DNA of 64,000 nt from Bugula neritina (lineage: Eukaryota; Animalia; Bryozoa), in NCBI GenBank assembly GCA_964035545.1, contig OZ037768.1, positions 13,215,675 through 13,279,674 on the forward strand, in the 5' to 3' direction. Shown one piece after another: positions 14,401-28,491 of the stretch. The position numbers and the translations under genes are program-made. The notes beneath the pieces were generated by a model. The model saw only the letters and a program-made list of their open reading frames with translations. It did no database searches and was not told the origin of the DNA. How positions within the stretch are numbered: position 1 is the first letter of the stretch; every line of letters starts with the position of its first letter.

Positions 14401-15753
14401 CAATATTTTTATCAAACATAATGTGATGGTTTCTGTACTGGACCTAATTTAGGTCTAAATTTACTGCGGAAATAATGATAACAAAGATAGTGAAGGGAGC
14501 ATCCTTTTGAGAACTTTGCTGTTAATAGCTCAAACAATAAAACTTTTAAAATATAGTTTATAAAAATAGTATACCCTCATCAACAGGCTCTGCGATCTTC
14601 AGCAAGCCATCATCAGTTAGTATGTCGACAAATGCATAAATGACATGAGTACACAATTTCGCTGGGATTTCATTGGCTACCATTTTATTGACTCCAGTTC
14701 TATCTTTAGCCCAGCTATCAAAATAACACACCATGTGATAACCACTGGCAGCCTGCAATTAGAGATTATTTTGGCAAAACTTTAGTATTATGTATAATAC
14801 TGCTTTATTGCATAACAGAAAATTATGCATGTACCATGTAATATTATGATAATAGGAACTATATTAGATATGTGTAGCCTTTTATTTTTGTTTTGGAAGA
14901 CTGAAAAGCAAGCAAATATGCAATAGCTCTGCCTTTTCTAAAAGCAGTTTGTAAGCTATAAAATACAGTAAGGACTATTTATTGTACTAAACTTAATGTC
15001 TCCTAAATGAAAGGATGCATGTGTAGAAATCCATCTAAGCATTGTGTCAGACTTTATACCTCAACTTCGCAGTTTTTTAAGCACTCTGGCTTGAATTCAC
15101 ACACTAAATAATAATATGATGTAAATAGACAAACCTTATCAACTCAGAGTTGAAATACCTTCACAATTAGTATATGAAAAACTATGGTTTGGCATTTGAT
15201 TTGTATTGGTGCATAGTTTTTGAGAAATCGAGGTTCGTGAAATGGCTCTGGTTAGCATATAGGTTTAACAAGCACAGTTAATATCTAGGGAATGGAGCAG
15301 CCGTGGTCTAGGGGTTAAAGCGTTTGCTTTGTGGACACGAAGTCATGAGTTCGAACCCCGACAAAGGCCATTGGTGATGTTAGGAAGAGCATCCAGTCAT
15401 AATTGCTCCTGTGCCTTATCTAAACAAGTCCTTAGCCCGTTCTAACAAAAACCCTTTCTATCAGGGGTTTCTCACAGGGATAGTGACTATAAACTTGCGT
15501 GAGTTAACATCTAAGGAATCAGCCAATTTCTTTATATTATAGTTGAAACTGTAACTCTACTGTTAGTTACAGTAAAATTAAATTTTCAAACTTTAATCCT
15601 AGAAACTATTTATAAACTATGTATCAGAATAAAGCTTGCCAGCTATCTAAACAGGACGGAGCGGAGATAGGTGAGGATATCAGAATAGAGTTCGTTACTC
15701 ACCTGTGCATGTATCAAAGTCATTAATAAAATGCTCACACTCAATTTAACCAT
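11410..15753 (-). CDS. GH18 chitinase-family gene 1 (secreted, catalytic domain only, divergent)
   Basis: Nine exons: 15703-15753 (signal peptide MVKLSVSILLMTLIHAQ), 14575-14752, 14157-14260, 13718-13855 (YDFDGIDLDWEYP), 13345-13469, 12776-12866 (FINLMTYDLHG), 12397-12540, 11652-11786 and 11410-11541 (GGGMMWSLASDD..CLL*). Intron positions match the two paralogs. Confidence 0.92.
11944..12150. mobile_element. Tc1/mariner-type MITE in chitinase-1 intron 7
   Basis: TA-flanked terminal inverted repeats cagcgctctctctgtatctca ... tgagatacaaagggagcactg. Confidence 0.8.
15294..15504 (+). mobile_element. tRNA-derived SINE
   Basis: A-box-like tggtctagggg and B-box gagttcgaacc followed by a non-tRNA body; second copy at 2353. 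The central aggaagagcatccag resembles the V-SINE core (from memory). Confidence 0.8.
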
Positions 15754-16612
15754 TGTGAATTAGTTCCAATTTTTATGAAGATTAATACAACGTGCAAGTA
15801 TGTTAAGGTTTTGAACACAGCCTTTAGGTAATCAACAAAACTAGAACTGTATGAACATGATTCACTGTTCAGAGAGGCATATAATATGTAGTTAAGGCCC
15901 ATTATTATAAATATCACCATCTAGAGCCCATGTGGTGGTGGTGATACAGTAACTAAGAGTAAGATATAATTATTATACTTAACTTCTCCATATAGTTAGT
16001 ACTTATGCAAACTCTCTGGTGTTTCTGTTATGATTAGATATTGAAACACTGTAAGCTTGTTTATTCTGTTTCATTCAAAATAGATCTTCTTTCAATTAAA
16101 ACAATTTAGTTGTTTTGCAGCACAACTTTTGTCAATAAATCATTTTTAGTAGAGAATGGCCGTAGATGAGCTGTGAATGAAGTAAACTCGGACTATAATT
16201 TATTCCCATTACTTATTACTACTAAAATCTATTCTCTTCTTTTTCTTCTTTTGTGTTTATTATATATGTACTGTAGAATTATCCTACATGATAAAAGAAA
16301 CAATAAAAATAAGAAAGTAAAAAATGTTACCGAGCTATTAAGGTCAACTTTATAAATAATAATTAACTAATTAGATATTTTTTAGACATGCAGAAGCATA
16401 CGATTCTTACCTGCAGACCTTGTGTAAAAGCAAATGAGGACAAAATTGTTACTACAAATCATCTATACAAAGCAATGCAAAGTATTGATTTCTAAAAAAC
16501 TAGAATTAACAGTCAATTTCTAAGTTTGCAGTTCAATTTTAATTGGCTAGTTGCAAATGTGAATTTTTAAGTGAGTTATTCATACATTCGCTTACTTTTT
16601 GTTTTCTTATGT

Positions 16613-16634
16613 ACACACGCACACGCACACGCAC

Positions 16635-16666
<32 letters not shown>

Positions 16667-16672
16667 GCACAC
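16613..16672. repeat. (CACACG)n microsatellite
   Basis: Directly visible. Confidence 0.95.
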
Positions 16673-16781
16673 ATATATATTATAGTAAAACTATAAGTTT
16701 TTACTATTGCGAAGGTGTGGGCCATGGTACTCTGTTCTGTGCTGATGAGGCAACAAATCCCGAAACAGCTGCTGTCCACAG

Positions 16782-16928
<147 letters not shown>

Positions 16929-16932
16929 TAGA

Positions 16933-19515
16933 TAGCATGATGTCAACAATAAAACAATTTAAATAAATACGTTGTGTCTTGCAATTAGTTCAACAATCAA
17001 AATGATTAAAAGTTTACTCTGTATCTAACTCTTGATGAAGGAAGCTGCTTTTTCTGCTAAATCACTCAACACTCTGATATCTCTCGAATTATCAACAGAA
17101 TGTATTCTAGATCAAACTCACTTTCTGCTAAGACATCTCTGACTGCTGGTGTTAATGAGATTCTCTCTCTACCATACACTCTTATTGAGTAAGTTTATTT
17201 TGTATAATATCTTTTTAGAATTGAAGTAGGAAATTTATAGTTTAATAATATATTTTGTCTAATTCTATGATAATGATAATATATTTATTAGATTAACATT
17301 CATAATACTTATTTATAGAATATAGAAACTAATCATAGATTCCATTACAATCAATGTTTAAATATTTTAAACTTTGCTAGTTGGTACATAATGCTCTACC
17401 TAATGGATGACGCAATGCATTACACATCACAGTAAAAAGCACGCAGCAGGGAATACAATTCCAAAGTACACTTCTTGTATACTTCATTATACATTGATTA
17501 TAGCATAGCTTTGTGATGCAGTTTATGTAGATTATAAACATTGATTATACATGTATTGCCAAGATAAATTTCATCATGTGCAGGCAGGCCAATGTGACAA
17601 TTTATACAACCTCTTTTTAGAAATCCAGATGAGATGGAGATGAAAGACTTCATTGAAAAAGTAGAGAGTGCTATTGGTAGAGATGGATTAGATGATGGAG
17701 TATGTGTGTTTGAGAAAGTGATAGATCATTGCATAACACTGGAAGATATTGAAGAAGAGGATTACGATGAAGTTGTCTCCCCAATCAGCAACAAGAAGGC
17801 AACTTTCAAGTCTACATTCTACAATGTACTTCAAAGCATCAGAAAGAAAATTAGGAATAGTAGTGACAGTGACACTAAAGCTATATCCTATAGACAAAAC
17901 AAAATCTGTTGCTCCAAAGTTAAATTAAATAGGTGGCTAAAGGCTGTTAAATCTTGTTTCACTGTAACAAGTGGCCAGTATTCTCTATGTGGTAACACCA
18001 GCTATTAACTTATGTCTATTTGAATCTATATAATATATAGTATTTCTTTACTATTGTAATTACACACATGTATACATGTATATATACATTTTATTACAGC
18101 ACAATTCATGTATGCTATGTCAGCTAGTAGTAACTTGAATATGTATGTATATTCTAGAGCCTCCTGATCTTTTGGACAGTGCCTTGTATATTTCCTCTAG
18201 TCACATGTATAGCAAACTATTTTATTGAAATAAACTATTATGAGTTACAATATATTGAATGACATACTGTTGTGATATGATTCTTCAAATATTTGGTATA
18301 ACAACATTGATTATACAGTGAAGCTTTTCCCAGCTGCACACGAAAGCTCTGGGATTGTAATGGACATAATAAAGTCACATTTATTGGTATCTTGAATATA
18401 ACTTAATAATAGTTTACTAAAAATATAACATTCGCAAACAAGACAAAAAAGTAGTTTGCATAAAGTTAAATGAAGCTCTAAATTTTTACAAGTTATGCAG
18501 AAAAAATGAATATTTTATTTTACCATAATAACATATTTTATAGCTAGTAATTTGCTGATCATTTAATTTATTTATAGCATTCACTTTGTTTTATTGCAAC
18601 ATAAATAAAGCTTGTTTAACTCATATACTCCAACTAGTAGGGTAGTACCCATCTATCTTCACCATCTATGGAGGGCAACTTGAAATGCCTTCTGTTAATT
18701 CTTACTCAAGTAAAGTATACAATAATTGCTAGTATATAATTGATACTTGCTTGGTGAGTGAATTTTTAAATGTGCATATTTCTTTGTTTCCTTATCAGAG
18801 GATAAAGAAAATAAAAATATAATTCAAATTCAAAATATTTCAGTAACAATTTCTACAACTTTTAAATAAATACAACTTTTTACTTAGTTTACCAGATACC
18901 AGCGTATTTAGTATGTAGGCTATGTGACCAGGAACATGAAGGAATTAAATAGCCACCTTTGGAAGTTGTGCTATGTATCAGCATGTATGCAAATAAGGTT
19001 TACCTTGAATTTAATGTCATACACATTATAAACATTATAATAGTCTATCAAACAGTTACATGAAAACGAGAAGAGAGAGCTATGAAAGGTTTGTTCATAA
19101 CATGCAGACCCACACATAGTTTTACAACAACTTATTTTTATATGCCATGTCATTTAAATGCTAAATATTATTACACTTGTAACTACTGAATGTTTTGTCA
19201 TGTTTAACTGTAAGCAAGCTTGACTATAGTAGGTTCACCTGTAGGTTACATTTACCTGTCAGATATAGGCTAGGTTTACCTGTCAGCTAGGTTTATCTGT
19301 CAGCTAGGTTTACCCATGCCCTGCTGGAGTTAGATGAGTTAAATCACTCCAAACCGAAGCAGTCTTTTAATTACTCTCTGAGAGTTACTTTAGTTAGTAA
19401 AACGCATGTCACATCACATGTCATATAACAATACACACCACACTACTGTCACAGCACATGTTATATAACAATATATACCACATCACTGTCACATAACATG
19501 GCATACAACAATACA
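16933..19515. repeat. Local duplication, copy 1 (paralogous to about 20820-22840); carries about 600 extra bp near 18800-19400
   Basis: Both copies begin gcatgatgtcaacaat right after a (TA)n tract and end in an approximately 40-bp acaatacacaccacactactgtcac repeat. Confidence 0.9.
17100..18008 (+). CDS. Two-exon gene of unknown function, copy A (158 aa)
   Basis: Exon 1 17100-17188 (MYSRSNSLSAKTSLTAGVNEILSLPYTLIE, donor GA|gtaagt) joins in frame to exon 2 17621-18008 (acceptor tttttag). An AATAAA lies near 18229. Structure is conserved in copy B. Confidence 0.65.
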
Positions 19516-20579
19516 GTTAAATATTTTTAGTACAGTAATCTCATTATATTTAGTAGATGTAAATTATTAAATACATAATTTCAATGCTAAAGCTGTTTTC
19601 TCCCTTTGTACAACTTGAGAGCATATAGCATAGCAAAATGGCTACGTTGCAGAAAACTTTCATATTTTATTAGCAAAAGATATTTGTCTTTTAAGTGCAC
19701 TTTGAAAATTATATGATTTTATAATACTATTACCCACTTTACATATATATGACAAAATTGTCTGATGCCAGCTGTTGCTTAATCTTAATCATACATACTC
19801 TGAGCATGGATTGTTATAAATTTGATGGAGTTATCTTAAGATATGCATATTTTGAAATATGAAAAGAAGCTGCCGTTGCTGCTAAAACTAAGCCCTGAGG
19901 TGATCAATATGCAAGGCAGCAGCACTTCCACCCTCCAGATTAGAGTCATCTAATACATATTAATATGTTTCATTTCTACATTTTTAACTTGAGTCTGATA
20001 TAAACCTAACTGACTAACTCTCAACAGCTCAATTTGAAATGTGTTTCTCTTTTTTTCCAAAAGTTTCTGTATTTCTAGCTGCAAGTAATATCTGTATGCT
20101 CCTAGCTCACAAAAAGTAATTTGTTATCAGCTCAACAAATAAAAAGCTCAACTTAACAAGTTATCGTGACAATATTTTTGAGATAGTCAGAAATTTTTGC
20201 TCAGCAATATCAATATTAAGAGCTGATTGTCTGCCTATGACAAGTATACTCTTGAGCTTTTCAAGCAGTCTTGAGACATAAACAATTGTATTAAGGGTTA
20301 TTTTCTCATAGATTTCAGCAAACAATTTAAAAGGTTAACATTACGCGAATGTAATTTTCATTTATAGGTGTTTGAAAACAGTTGCAATGAAACAGCAACC
20401 ACAAATTCAATAGTATACGAACATCTATTCGCATAATGCAAAGCAATAGAACGCAGTGAATGACAATGTCGCTATCTTAAGTAGAATATAATATTGGGAA
20501 ATAGTTGAAAATAATACTTTCTTGTGGTAAAAAGTGTATAATTGTACAAAGTTGATATCCTGCATTAGAGTAAGTATAT

Positions 20580-20589
<10 letters not shown>

Positions 20590-20642
<53 letters not shown>

Positions 20643-20743
20643 TATATAAGTTTATTTTATATCCAAAATTGTATCAGTACCAAATATAAATACTCTATTT
20701 TTTGAAATATTGAGTTCTTTTGATTCATTTTTTTAAATATAGA

Positions 20744-20817
<74 letters not shown>
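20590..20817. repeat. Two (TA)n microsatellites (about 20590-20639 and 20747-20817)
   Basis: Directly visible. Confidence 0.95.
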
Positions 20818-20821
<4 letters not shown>

Positions 20822-20984
20822 CATGATGTCAACAATGAAATAATTTAAATAAAACGTTGTGTCTTGCAATTAGTTCAACAATCAAAATGATTAAAAGTTT
20901 ACTCTGTATCTCACTCTTGATGAAGGAAGCTGCTTTTTCTGCTAAATCACTCGACACTCTGATATCTCTCGAATTATCAACAAA

Positions 20985-21890
20985 ATGTATTCTAGATCAA
21001 ACTCACTTTCTGCTAAGACATCTCTGACTGCTGGTGTTAATGAGATTCTCTCTCTACCATGCACTCTTATTGAGTAAGTTTATTTTGTATTATATCTTTT
21101 TAGAATTGAAGTAAGACATTTATAGTTTAATAATATATTTTGTCTAATTCTATGATAATGATGATATATTTATTAAATTAACATTCATAATACTTATTTA
21201 TAGAATATAGAAACTAATCATAGATTCCATTACAATCAATGTTTAAATATTTTGAACTTTGCTAGTTGGTACATAACGCTATGCCTAATGGATGACGCAA
21301 TGCATTACACATCACAGTAAAGAGCATGCAGCAGGGAATACAATTCCAAAGTACACTTCTTGTATACTTCATCATACAGTGATTATAGCATAGCTTTGTG
21401 ATGCAGTTTATGTAGATTATAAACATCGATTTTACATCTATTACTAAGATAAATTTTATTATGTGCATGCAAACCAATATGACAATTTATACAACCTCTT
21501 TTTAGAAATCCAGATGAGATGGAGATGAAAGACTTCATTGAAAAAGTAAAAAGTGCTATTGGTAGAGATGGATTAGATGATGGAGTATGTGTGTTTGAGA
21601 AAGTGATAAATCATTGCATAACACTGGAAGATATTAAAGAAGATTACGATGAAGTTGTCTCCCCAACTAGTAACAAGAAGACAAGTTTCAAATCTACATT
21701 CTACAATGTACTTCATAGCATCAGAAGGAAAATTAGGAGTAGCAGTGACAGTGACACTAATGCTATCTCCTATAGACAAAACAAAATCTGTTGCTCCAAA
21801 GTTAAATTTAATAGATGGCTAAAAGCTGTTAAATCTTGTTTCACTGTAACAAGTGGCCAGTATTCTCTATATGGAAACACCAGCTATTAA
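20985..21890 (+). CDS. Two-exon gene of unknown function, copy B (157 aa)
   Basis: Exons 20985-21073 and 21506-21890; the frame is preserved and the only coding indel versus copy A is 3 nt. Confidence 0.65.
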
Positions 21891-24596
21891 CTTATGTCTA
21901 TTTGAATCTATATAATATATAGTATTTCTTTACTATTGTAATTACACACATGTATACATGTATATATACATTTTATTACAGCACAATTCATGTATGCTAT
22001 GTCAGCTAGTAGTAACTTGAATATGTGCGTATATTCTAGAGCCTCCTGATTTTTTGGACAGTGCCTTGTACATTTTCTCTGTGGCACATGTATAGCAAAC
22101 TATTTTATTGAAATAAACTATTATGAGTTACAATATATTGAATGACATACTATTGTGATATGATTCTCCAAATATTTGGTATAAAAACATTGATTATACA
22201 GTGAAGCTTTTCCCAGCTGCACGTGAAAGCACTGGAATGGTTATATGGACATAATTTAGTCACATTTCTTGGTATCTTGAATATAATCTAATGAGAGTTT
22301 ACTAAAAACACAACATGCAGCTGCAAAACAACACAGATCAAATAATCGAAATGCAATTAAGTAAAGCTCTAAATATTTACAAGTTATACAGAAGAAAAAA
22401 ATCTGTATTAATTCACCATAATAATATATTTAGCTGGTAATTTGCTGCCCCTTTATTTACCATTCACTTTATTTTATTGCATCATAAAAGGTTGTTTGAT
22501 CCACAAGTTTTAACTAATAGGGTGGTAGCCCGCCAGCTTCACTGCCTAAGGAGGGCAGCTTCAAATGCCTGCACATATATTATAATTCTTCCTAATAAAG
22601 TAAGGTATGCAATAACTGTTGGTCAATAATTGATATTCATTTGATGATAGAATTTTAAATATGCATACCTCCTTGTTTCCTAATCAGCACATGTCTATAC
22701 AACACTACTCTCACATCACAATATACACCACACTACTGTCACAGTACATGTTATATAACAATACACATCACACTGCTGTCACATCACATTTTATATAACA
22801 ATACAAATCACGCTACTGTCATATCAGAATATTGTCACATTTTCAGTGTATCCTCATATTATTACTCAGAGTTTATTTTGTTGGAACTTACTGACTTGAC
22901 TTGGCAACCATTTTAGTTATCTTACACGTAATATAAATATGCTAATATTTTCTAAATATATTGAGTCTAAGCAGTCATGAGTTTAACTACTTTTAATATT
23001 TTCATCATATTTGCAAATAATTTACGAGTGGAAAGAAAATTTTTGTTCTTTTATTGGAAGTAGAACTAATTGATTTTTTTCAATTTTTGATATTTGCCAC
23101 ACTATCATCCTTAATTGAGAATTTTGATCAAAATTATTTTTTGCTAGTAATAAGTCACTTGCTGAAATTTATATAACTATATAATAAGATGGATTACATA
23201 GACTGAGTGTGCTTATAGACATGTGTTGTATCAACTGGTAATTTTGCATTCTATAAATGTAAAATAATTTAATACTAATTACCTGTATTCAGAACTAATT
23301 GAAGAGGCATACTTTTGAACCTGTTTAAAAAGATTAATTAACACTACACACTTATTTGCATCACAATACCTCAGTATATGTTACAAGTAACTTAATTATG
23401 GTAACCCAGCATTCATGACTCTACAGCTTGCAGGTGTCTTAGAGTTTGTAACTTCTAGACATATTTATGTAGCATTGTGAAATCAATTAAATCAATCAAT
23501 TAAATCAATCAAATCGAAACAATCTGTCCTCCGTGAGAGCTTAGTACTTATTTTGAATGCCAGTTCCTCCTCAGTCCAAACAACTCAGCAACTGTCTCAT
23601 AATGCTTTGTCTATCCTTATTGGATACACAAATTTGCCATCTACGCGGGTAGCCAATTTCATGGTGACCAGTTTTAATTGCATGTAAAATAGTCTTGTTT
23701 TATTCAAGACCACAAAAATGTGTATAACACAGTTAATATACTGAGCTGGTCTGCCTAATTTCACAACTTAATGTACAACTCTGCTAAATTAAAAGAAGTA
23801 AGTTTTTATTGAAGGCCAAAAACTAGAAATATGTTTTCTTTAGCAATTTATGCTCTGTAGCAAGGCATAAGCTAAAATTTTTGACTCTATCTATTAAAGA
23901 TTTGTTTCAGTTTTGTTCATTTATTGCTCACTTAGTATGTGCAGCAAAATTAAGTGTGATTGAAGAAGAGACAGTGATATGGTATTTTATGATACAATAT
24001 ATATTTTTTAGTAAATTAGGTTCTACAAAAAAGTAAATGTTAGTTTCTTAGCAGTAAAGCATCTCTGTATTATAAATTTATTTTACAGTTTACTACTAGC
24101 TAAAATACAAATATTAAAGTTTATTATTAAAACAATTGTCATTTATTTCAAAAGAAAAGCTTATCAAATGTATCAAGGATTGCAGTCTATTTTACAAGGC
24201 GACTTTTCATATAAGATTATACTGGCATGTGCTAGAAAACTGAGTCAGATAGTGGCTTTTAAATAACTGTTTTTACATCAATAGTTGTCTGTCCTTATTT
24301 GTAACAACTACTACTTTATATCATTTCCACACCACCTGAATGAGGTAGACACAGAGGCGCGTTACTCATTATTTTGAGTGAAGGGTTCCCCAAGAGGCCT
24401 ATCATCCACTATACAACTAAACTAAAAGCATGAACAGACACAGTTAATAGGATTGCAACAGAGCACCAGCTATGCTGCTACTATCTACAACATTATATTA
24501 AGGACTATTACAACTACTCCATTATCGAAGTCAATGCAATCGTCACAGACTATGAATAAAAACATGAGTAAAACAGAGTAAAATGAAAAACATGAA

Positions 24597-26342
24597 TTAG
24601 TTATACATTACGCAGTGCTCGGTGTGGTAATATCGAAAACAATTAGGAACACACAAGCCTACTAAACAGTCTGGGCAGAAGGTTCTGACTTTGCGAGTTC
24701 TAGGCTTGCCCACTAAAGCACCGGTAGAGCAGACTGCGCATGTTTTTCTTTTGCCGTCAGCTACAGTCTCAGCGAAATGTCTCTCCACCAACCTGGCGAC
24801 AGCTAACTGACTACATGAAGGCTGCCCGGCCTTTCTGTAAGGTTCTCTGTACTCGCCAACCAGTTGCAACACTAGCTTTGTCACAAACTCGTAATGACTC
24901 ATGGTCCTACGTGACCGATTTGGGTTATGTTTATACAAAAGGTATGCATTAGTGGCAGTTCTATCAATCAGGTGAAAGATGATTTTTTTCCAAAATCTTG
25001 TGATTTTCCTTTCAGCTGAGTAACAATTTGTCAACTTATCCGACAAAGCTACTCCTCCCATGTGTTTACTGTACTCATCAACAACTCCGGGGAAGACAAT
25101 CTTGCGCCCACGCTTGTTTTTGATCTCAACTGGAACTGCAGATGAACAAGTAGAGAGGAGCAGAACTGGTTTATTTGCCATCCAGTTAATAGCCATGAGC
25201 TTACTTTTCCTCGCTATTTTGTATTCATCTCTCGACAGTTTTTCTTTCATAAATGAAGGTAAATATTTGCAATTTGGTTCAACAGTTCCTGTAACATAAG
25301 TACCTTGTTCGAGAAATGTTTCACACAGTTTTACACTTGTGTAGTGGCTATCAACATATAAATGGTGATTCTTGTGATGGAGAGAAGACATGAGGTCAGC
25401 ACAGACGTCATGTGAATGTCCAGACTCACTGTAGGTGCCTGAAGTGAGGTGGTACTTTGTGTGGTAACAGTAGCCGGTTACAGAATCACACAGGTTATAC
25501 TCTTTTGGACTCCACTCGGGTTGCTCCTTCATATTAGTGTATTTTACAGAAGAGCGTCTACTTTTCAAGTTTACAATAGTCTCATCAATTGAAATTGTTC
25601 TACCAAGATTGTAGTTTCTTTTCCAGGACTTGTTGAAGTGATCTAGCACAGACCGAAACTTATGTGAAGGATCATAATTCAGTGAGCTACGGGGATGTGC
25701 CTCATCGTTGTTGGCTACATGAAACACCCGTGAAAGGCTCCGGTAAGTACTTGCCCTAAAAATACTGGCAAAGAAAGGTACATCAAGGTTTGCATAAGAT
25801 TTTGTCCAGTAACTTTCACAGCTAGGCATCTGTACTAGCCCCATGTTCATAGTCACACCAATAAACGCTTTTAGTTGGGGCAAGGTTACTTCACCTAACT
25901 GTCTTATAACTGCATTTGGGTGAGTAGTTGGCTGCTTGAGAAGCATCTCTCTGTATCTGTTTGTTTCAACTAGTATGTGGTACCACAAATCTATCCCAGA
26001 GTCATCTGCAGGCATGAAAAACTGATCAAAGTAATCGATGGGATTAGAAGAGTTTGGGCAATAAACTGGCTCTGAATCAGCAACAAACTGCCGAATTTCA
26101 GGAGTGTAGTCTTTGTGAACATCATTGATCATCTGCCAGTCTTTACTATCAGATATTGCATTGTGTAAACTACTACCACCAGACGTATCTGCTATACTAT
26201 CGGAGCTACTGACTCTAGCAGACGAGGTAGTACAGCTCAACCACCAATCCTCGTAATCCTCACTGTCAAAGTCTTCTTGCTGAATGTCACTTCCACTTTC
26301 CAGATCAGAATCGTCTGTCAACCTCCTCTTTCTATCAGTCAT
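24597..26342 (-). CDS. piggyBac transposase-derived protein (PGBD4-like), intact ORF of about 581 aa, probably catalytically dead
   Basis: Acidic N-terminus, SIDETIV (D1), LYVDSHYTS (D2), MGGVALSD (D3 replaced by A), WKKIIFHLID and a C-terminal Cys-rich domain CAVC..CPDC..LC..CFRYYH. The first ATG is at 26342; the ORF track starts at an upstream GTG. Confidence 0.9.
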   Translation of the reverse strand: MTDRKRRLTDDSDLESGSDIQQEDFDSEDYEDWWLSCTTSSARVSSSDSIADTSGGSSLHNAISDSKDWQMINDVHKDYTPEIRQFVADSEPVYCPNSSNPIDYFDQFFMPADDSGIDLWYHILVETNRYREMLLKQPTTHPNAVIRQLGEVTLPQLKAFIGVTMNMGLVQMPSCESYWTKSYANLDVPFFASIFRASTYRSLSRVFHVANNDEAHPRSSLNYDPSHKFRSVLDHFNKSWKRNYNLGRTISIDETIVNLKSRRSSVKYTNMKEQPEWSPKEYNLCDSVTGYCYHTKYHLTSGTYSESGHSHDVCADLMSSLHHKNHHLYVDSHYTSVKLCETFLEQGTYVTGTVEPNCKYLPSFMKEKLSRDEYKIARKSKLMAINWMANKPVLLLSTCSSAVPVEIKNKRGRKIVFPGVVDEYSKHMGGVALSDKLTNCYSAERKITRFWKKIIFHLIDRTATNAYLLYKHNPNRSRRTMSHYEFVTKLVLQLVGEYREPYRKAGQPSCSQLAVARLVERHFAETVADGKRKTCAVCSTGALVGKPRTRKVRTFCPDCLVGLCVPNCFRYYHTEHCVMYN

Positions 26343-28491
26343 GGCTGATAAATTCAAGAATTGAGATTGCACAAATGGGTTTAATTACCTGAGCATGAGT
26401 AAATGTTAAAATTAAATCTTGTTTATATTTCTCAAAATAGAGTACAATAATCAGTGGCTATTTACTACTGCCCTGTGATAATACTTGAGTGTTGAATTAA
26501 CCCTGTATAGGAAAGGACTGCACTAGCAGAATTGAATAACCATGTGCACAGAGCATTTTTATTGGCTAATAATTTGCTGTGAGTTTATATGTGGTAAAAA
26601 GTTAGATGCAGCACAAAGTTTAAATTTAATAAATACAGTGGTACATAGGTCAGAGTTCGGCTTTAGATTTTAGAATTTGATCAATGATAGTATACAAATA
26701 CTGCACTCAGTGACCCCTAACTTTGTTTTGCATTTAGCGATTCTCTCTTGCTGATGTGCAAATATGAATGAATAACTATTTTATATGTCTTTGAATAAAA
26801 TTTAGTCTATTAAACCATGTAAACTTAGCCAATCAGAGACAGGTATTAGCTTGAATATCTCACTGTTATAACTTATATAAGATTCTGAAAGTTCAGCTGC
26901 GAAATGTATGCTTCTAAAAAATAGTTGTGCAACTTTTGCCATGTGAATTATTTAATCTTATATCTTAAGTTTATGAGCCTTGGGCTCATTTTATTATTAT
27001 TTCTAAAACAAATGTTTGAAAATAGCAATTAAAATCTACATGCCTAAAATATCAACTGGATAAGCTTGCTGGGATAACACACAACACATTTGCTTTGCTA
27101 TTATAACATGAATGAGTTCATTATTATTACTATATTATTTGACAGTTGGGGGATGGTGTAACACTCATAGACTTGGTGCATAACTCTGATAGGTTAGCTG
27201 AGTAATATATGCACTTGTTTCCATTTCAGATACAAGCTATCTGGGTTATTGTATGAAGCTATTAGTGTAAGTTCTGAGTGAAAGATTCGGGCTATTTTCT
27301 CAACTATGACAATTTATATACTCGATGTGTATGAAGGTTCACTATGATCATTGAATTAAGTTTGGCCGGTACGTTAACTCGTGATATTTTCTACATACAC
27401 ATAAAAAAAATAAAAATAAAACAAAATAAAACATAAAATATATGAGCTACCTACTAAGCTACTAGCTTTGTCAAACCTTATATTTGCTGAAACGTTTAGT
27501 CATATATTACATTAATAAAAACTTATGCTAATATGGAGAGCTGCATATACCATAAATTTATATATTTTATGTTGTTACTGCACAAGAGGTGAGTAAGACA
27601 GTTGCATTGGTATATAGATAAAATATAGCAGACAACCACTAAATTATGAAATGGTCAATTTATTTGCCAGCAACATGGAGCTAAAAATCGTAGGTGTGTT
27701 TACTTACTTTTAATCTATATCATGAAGAATTAATGTTTCGATATAAAGACACATTTGCTTCAAGTCATCCAAAAGACGTCCAAAGTGTTGGCTTTAAAAG
27801 CAAAGAAGTTAAAGTCTAGTCAATTCATTCTGTTGCAATGATTTTGCCGCAACTTCAAATTATTCAATAGTTAATATTTGGTAAATGTAGTTTATTCTTT
27901 TAGCTCACATATATAGTTCAGTTTTAAACTTAAGTGATATGAATAGATGCTGAGGTAAGTCAGAAGTCTGCATGTGCTTCTGTAATGCATGTAGTCTTGT
28001 GTAAAAATTATAATTGCCATAGTTATCTATTGACTGACAAGCAGCCATGCAGCCATGCAGTTGACTAGAGTATACCTTAGTGTTCCACTGCATCTACTGT
28101 ATCCTAAATGTATTGTGGGTTTTATAGAAAACATGATTTTATGCATATATCTGTAAAGGTTAGACAATGCTAACATGTTGAACTACATTTATGCTTCATC
28201 TAACGATACGCTATACGCTATACATTAGATATTGCACTGATCTATATGTTACAGTTTTATCTGCTTCCTTATGCTTCATTTTTAGTTATATTCTTTTGTA
28301 AGTTTAGAAGATTATTTACTATCACTTGCAGCAGGTATAATGACTAGCCACTAACAACATTGTGTTTTAGGAAGACTTCTAATGCAACTTTAATTTTCAA
28401 ACAAATATTTGCTTTATTATTTTTTAGTGAAAATATATTTTTCCAGACTGTATATTTATTCACAAAATATGAAAGATATTTGCTTAAAAAT

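Noticed and set aside
15294-15366. Functional tRNA gene
   Set aside because: The acceptor stem does not pair and the sequence continues into a repeated SINE body.
26497-26512. TTAACCCT as a piggyBac terminus
   Set aside because: It faces away from the ORF and I found no matching inverted partner.
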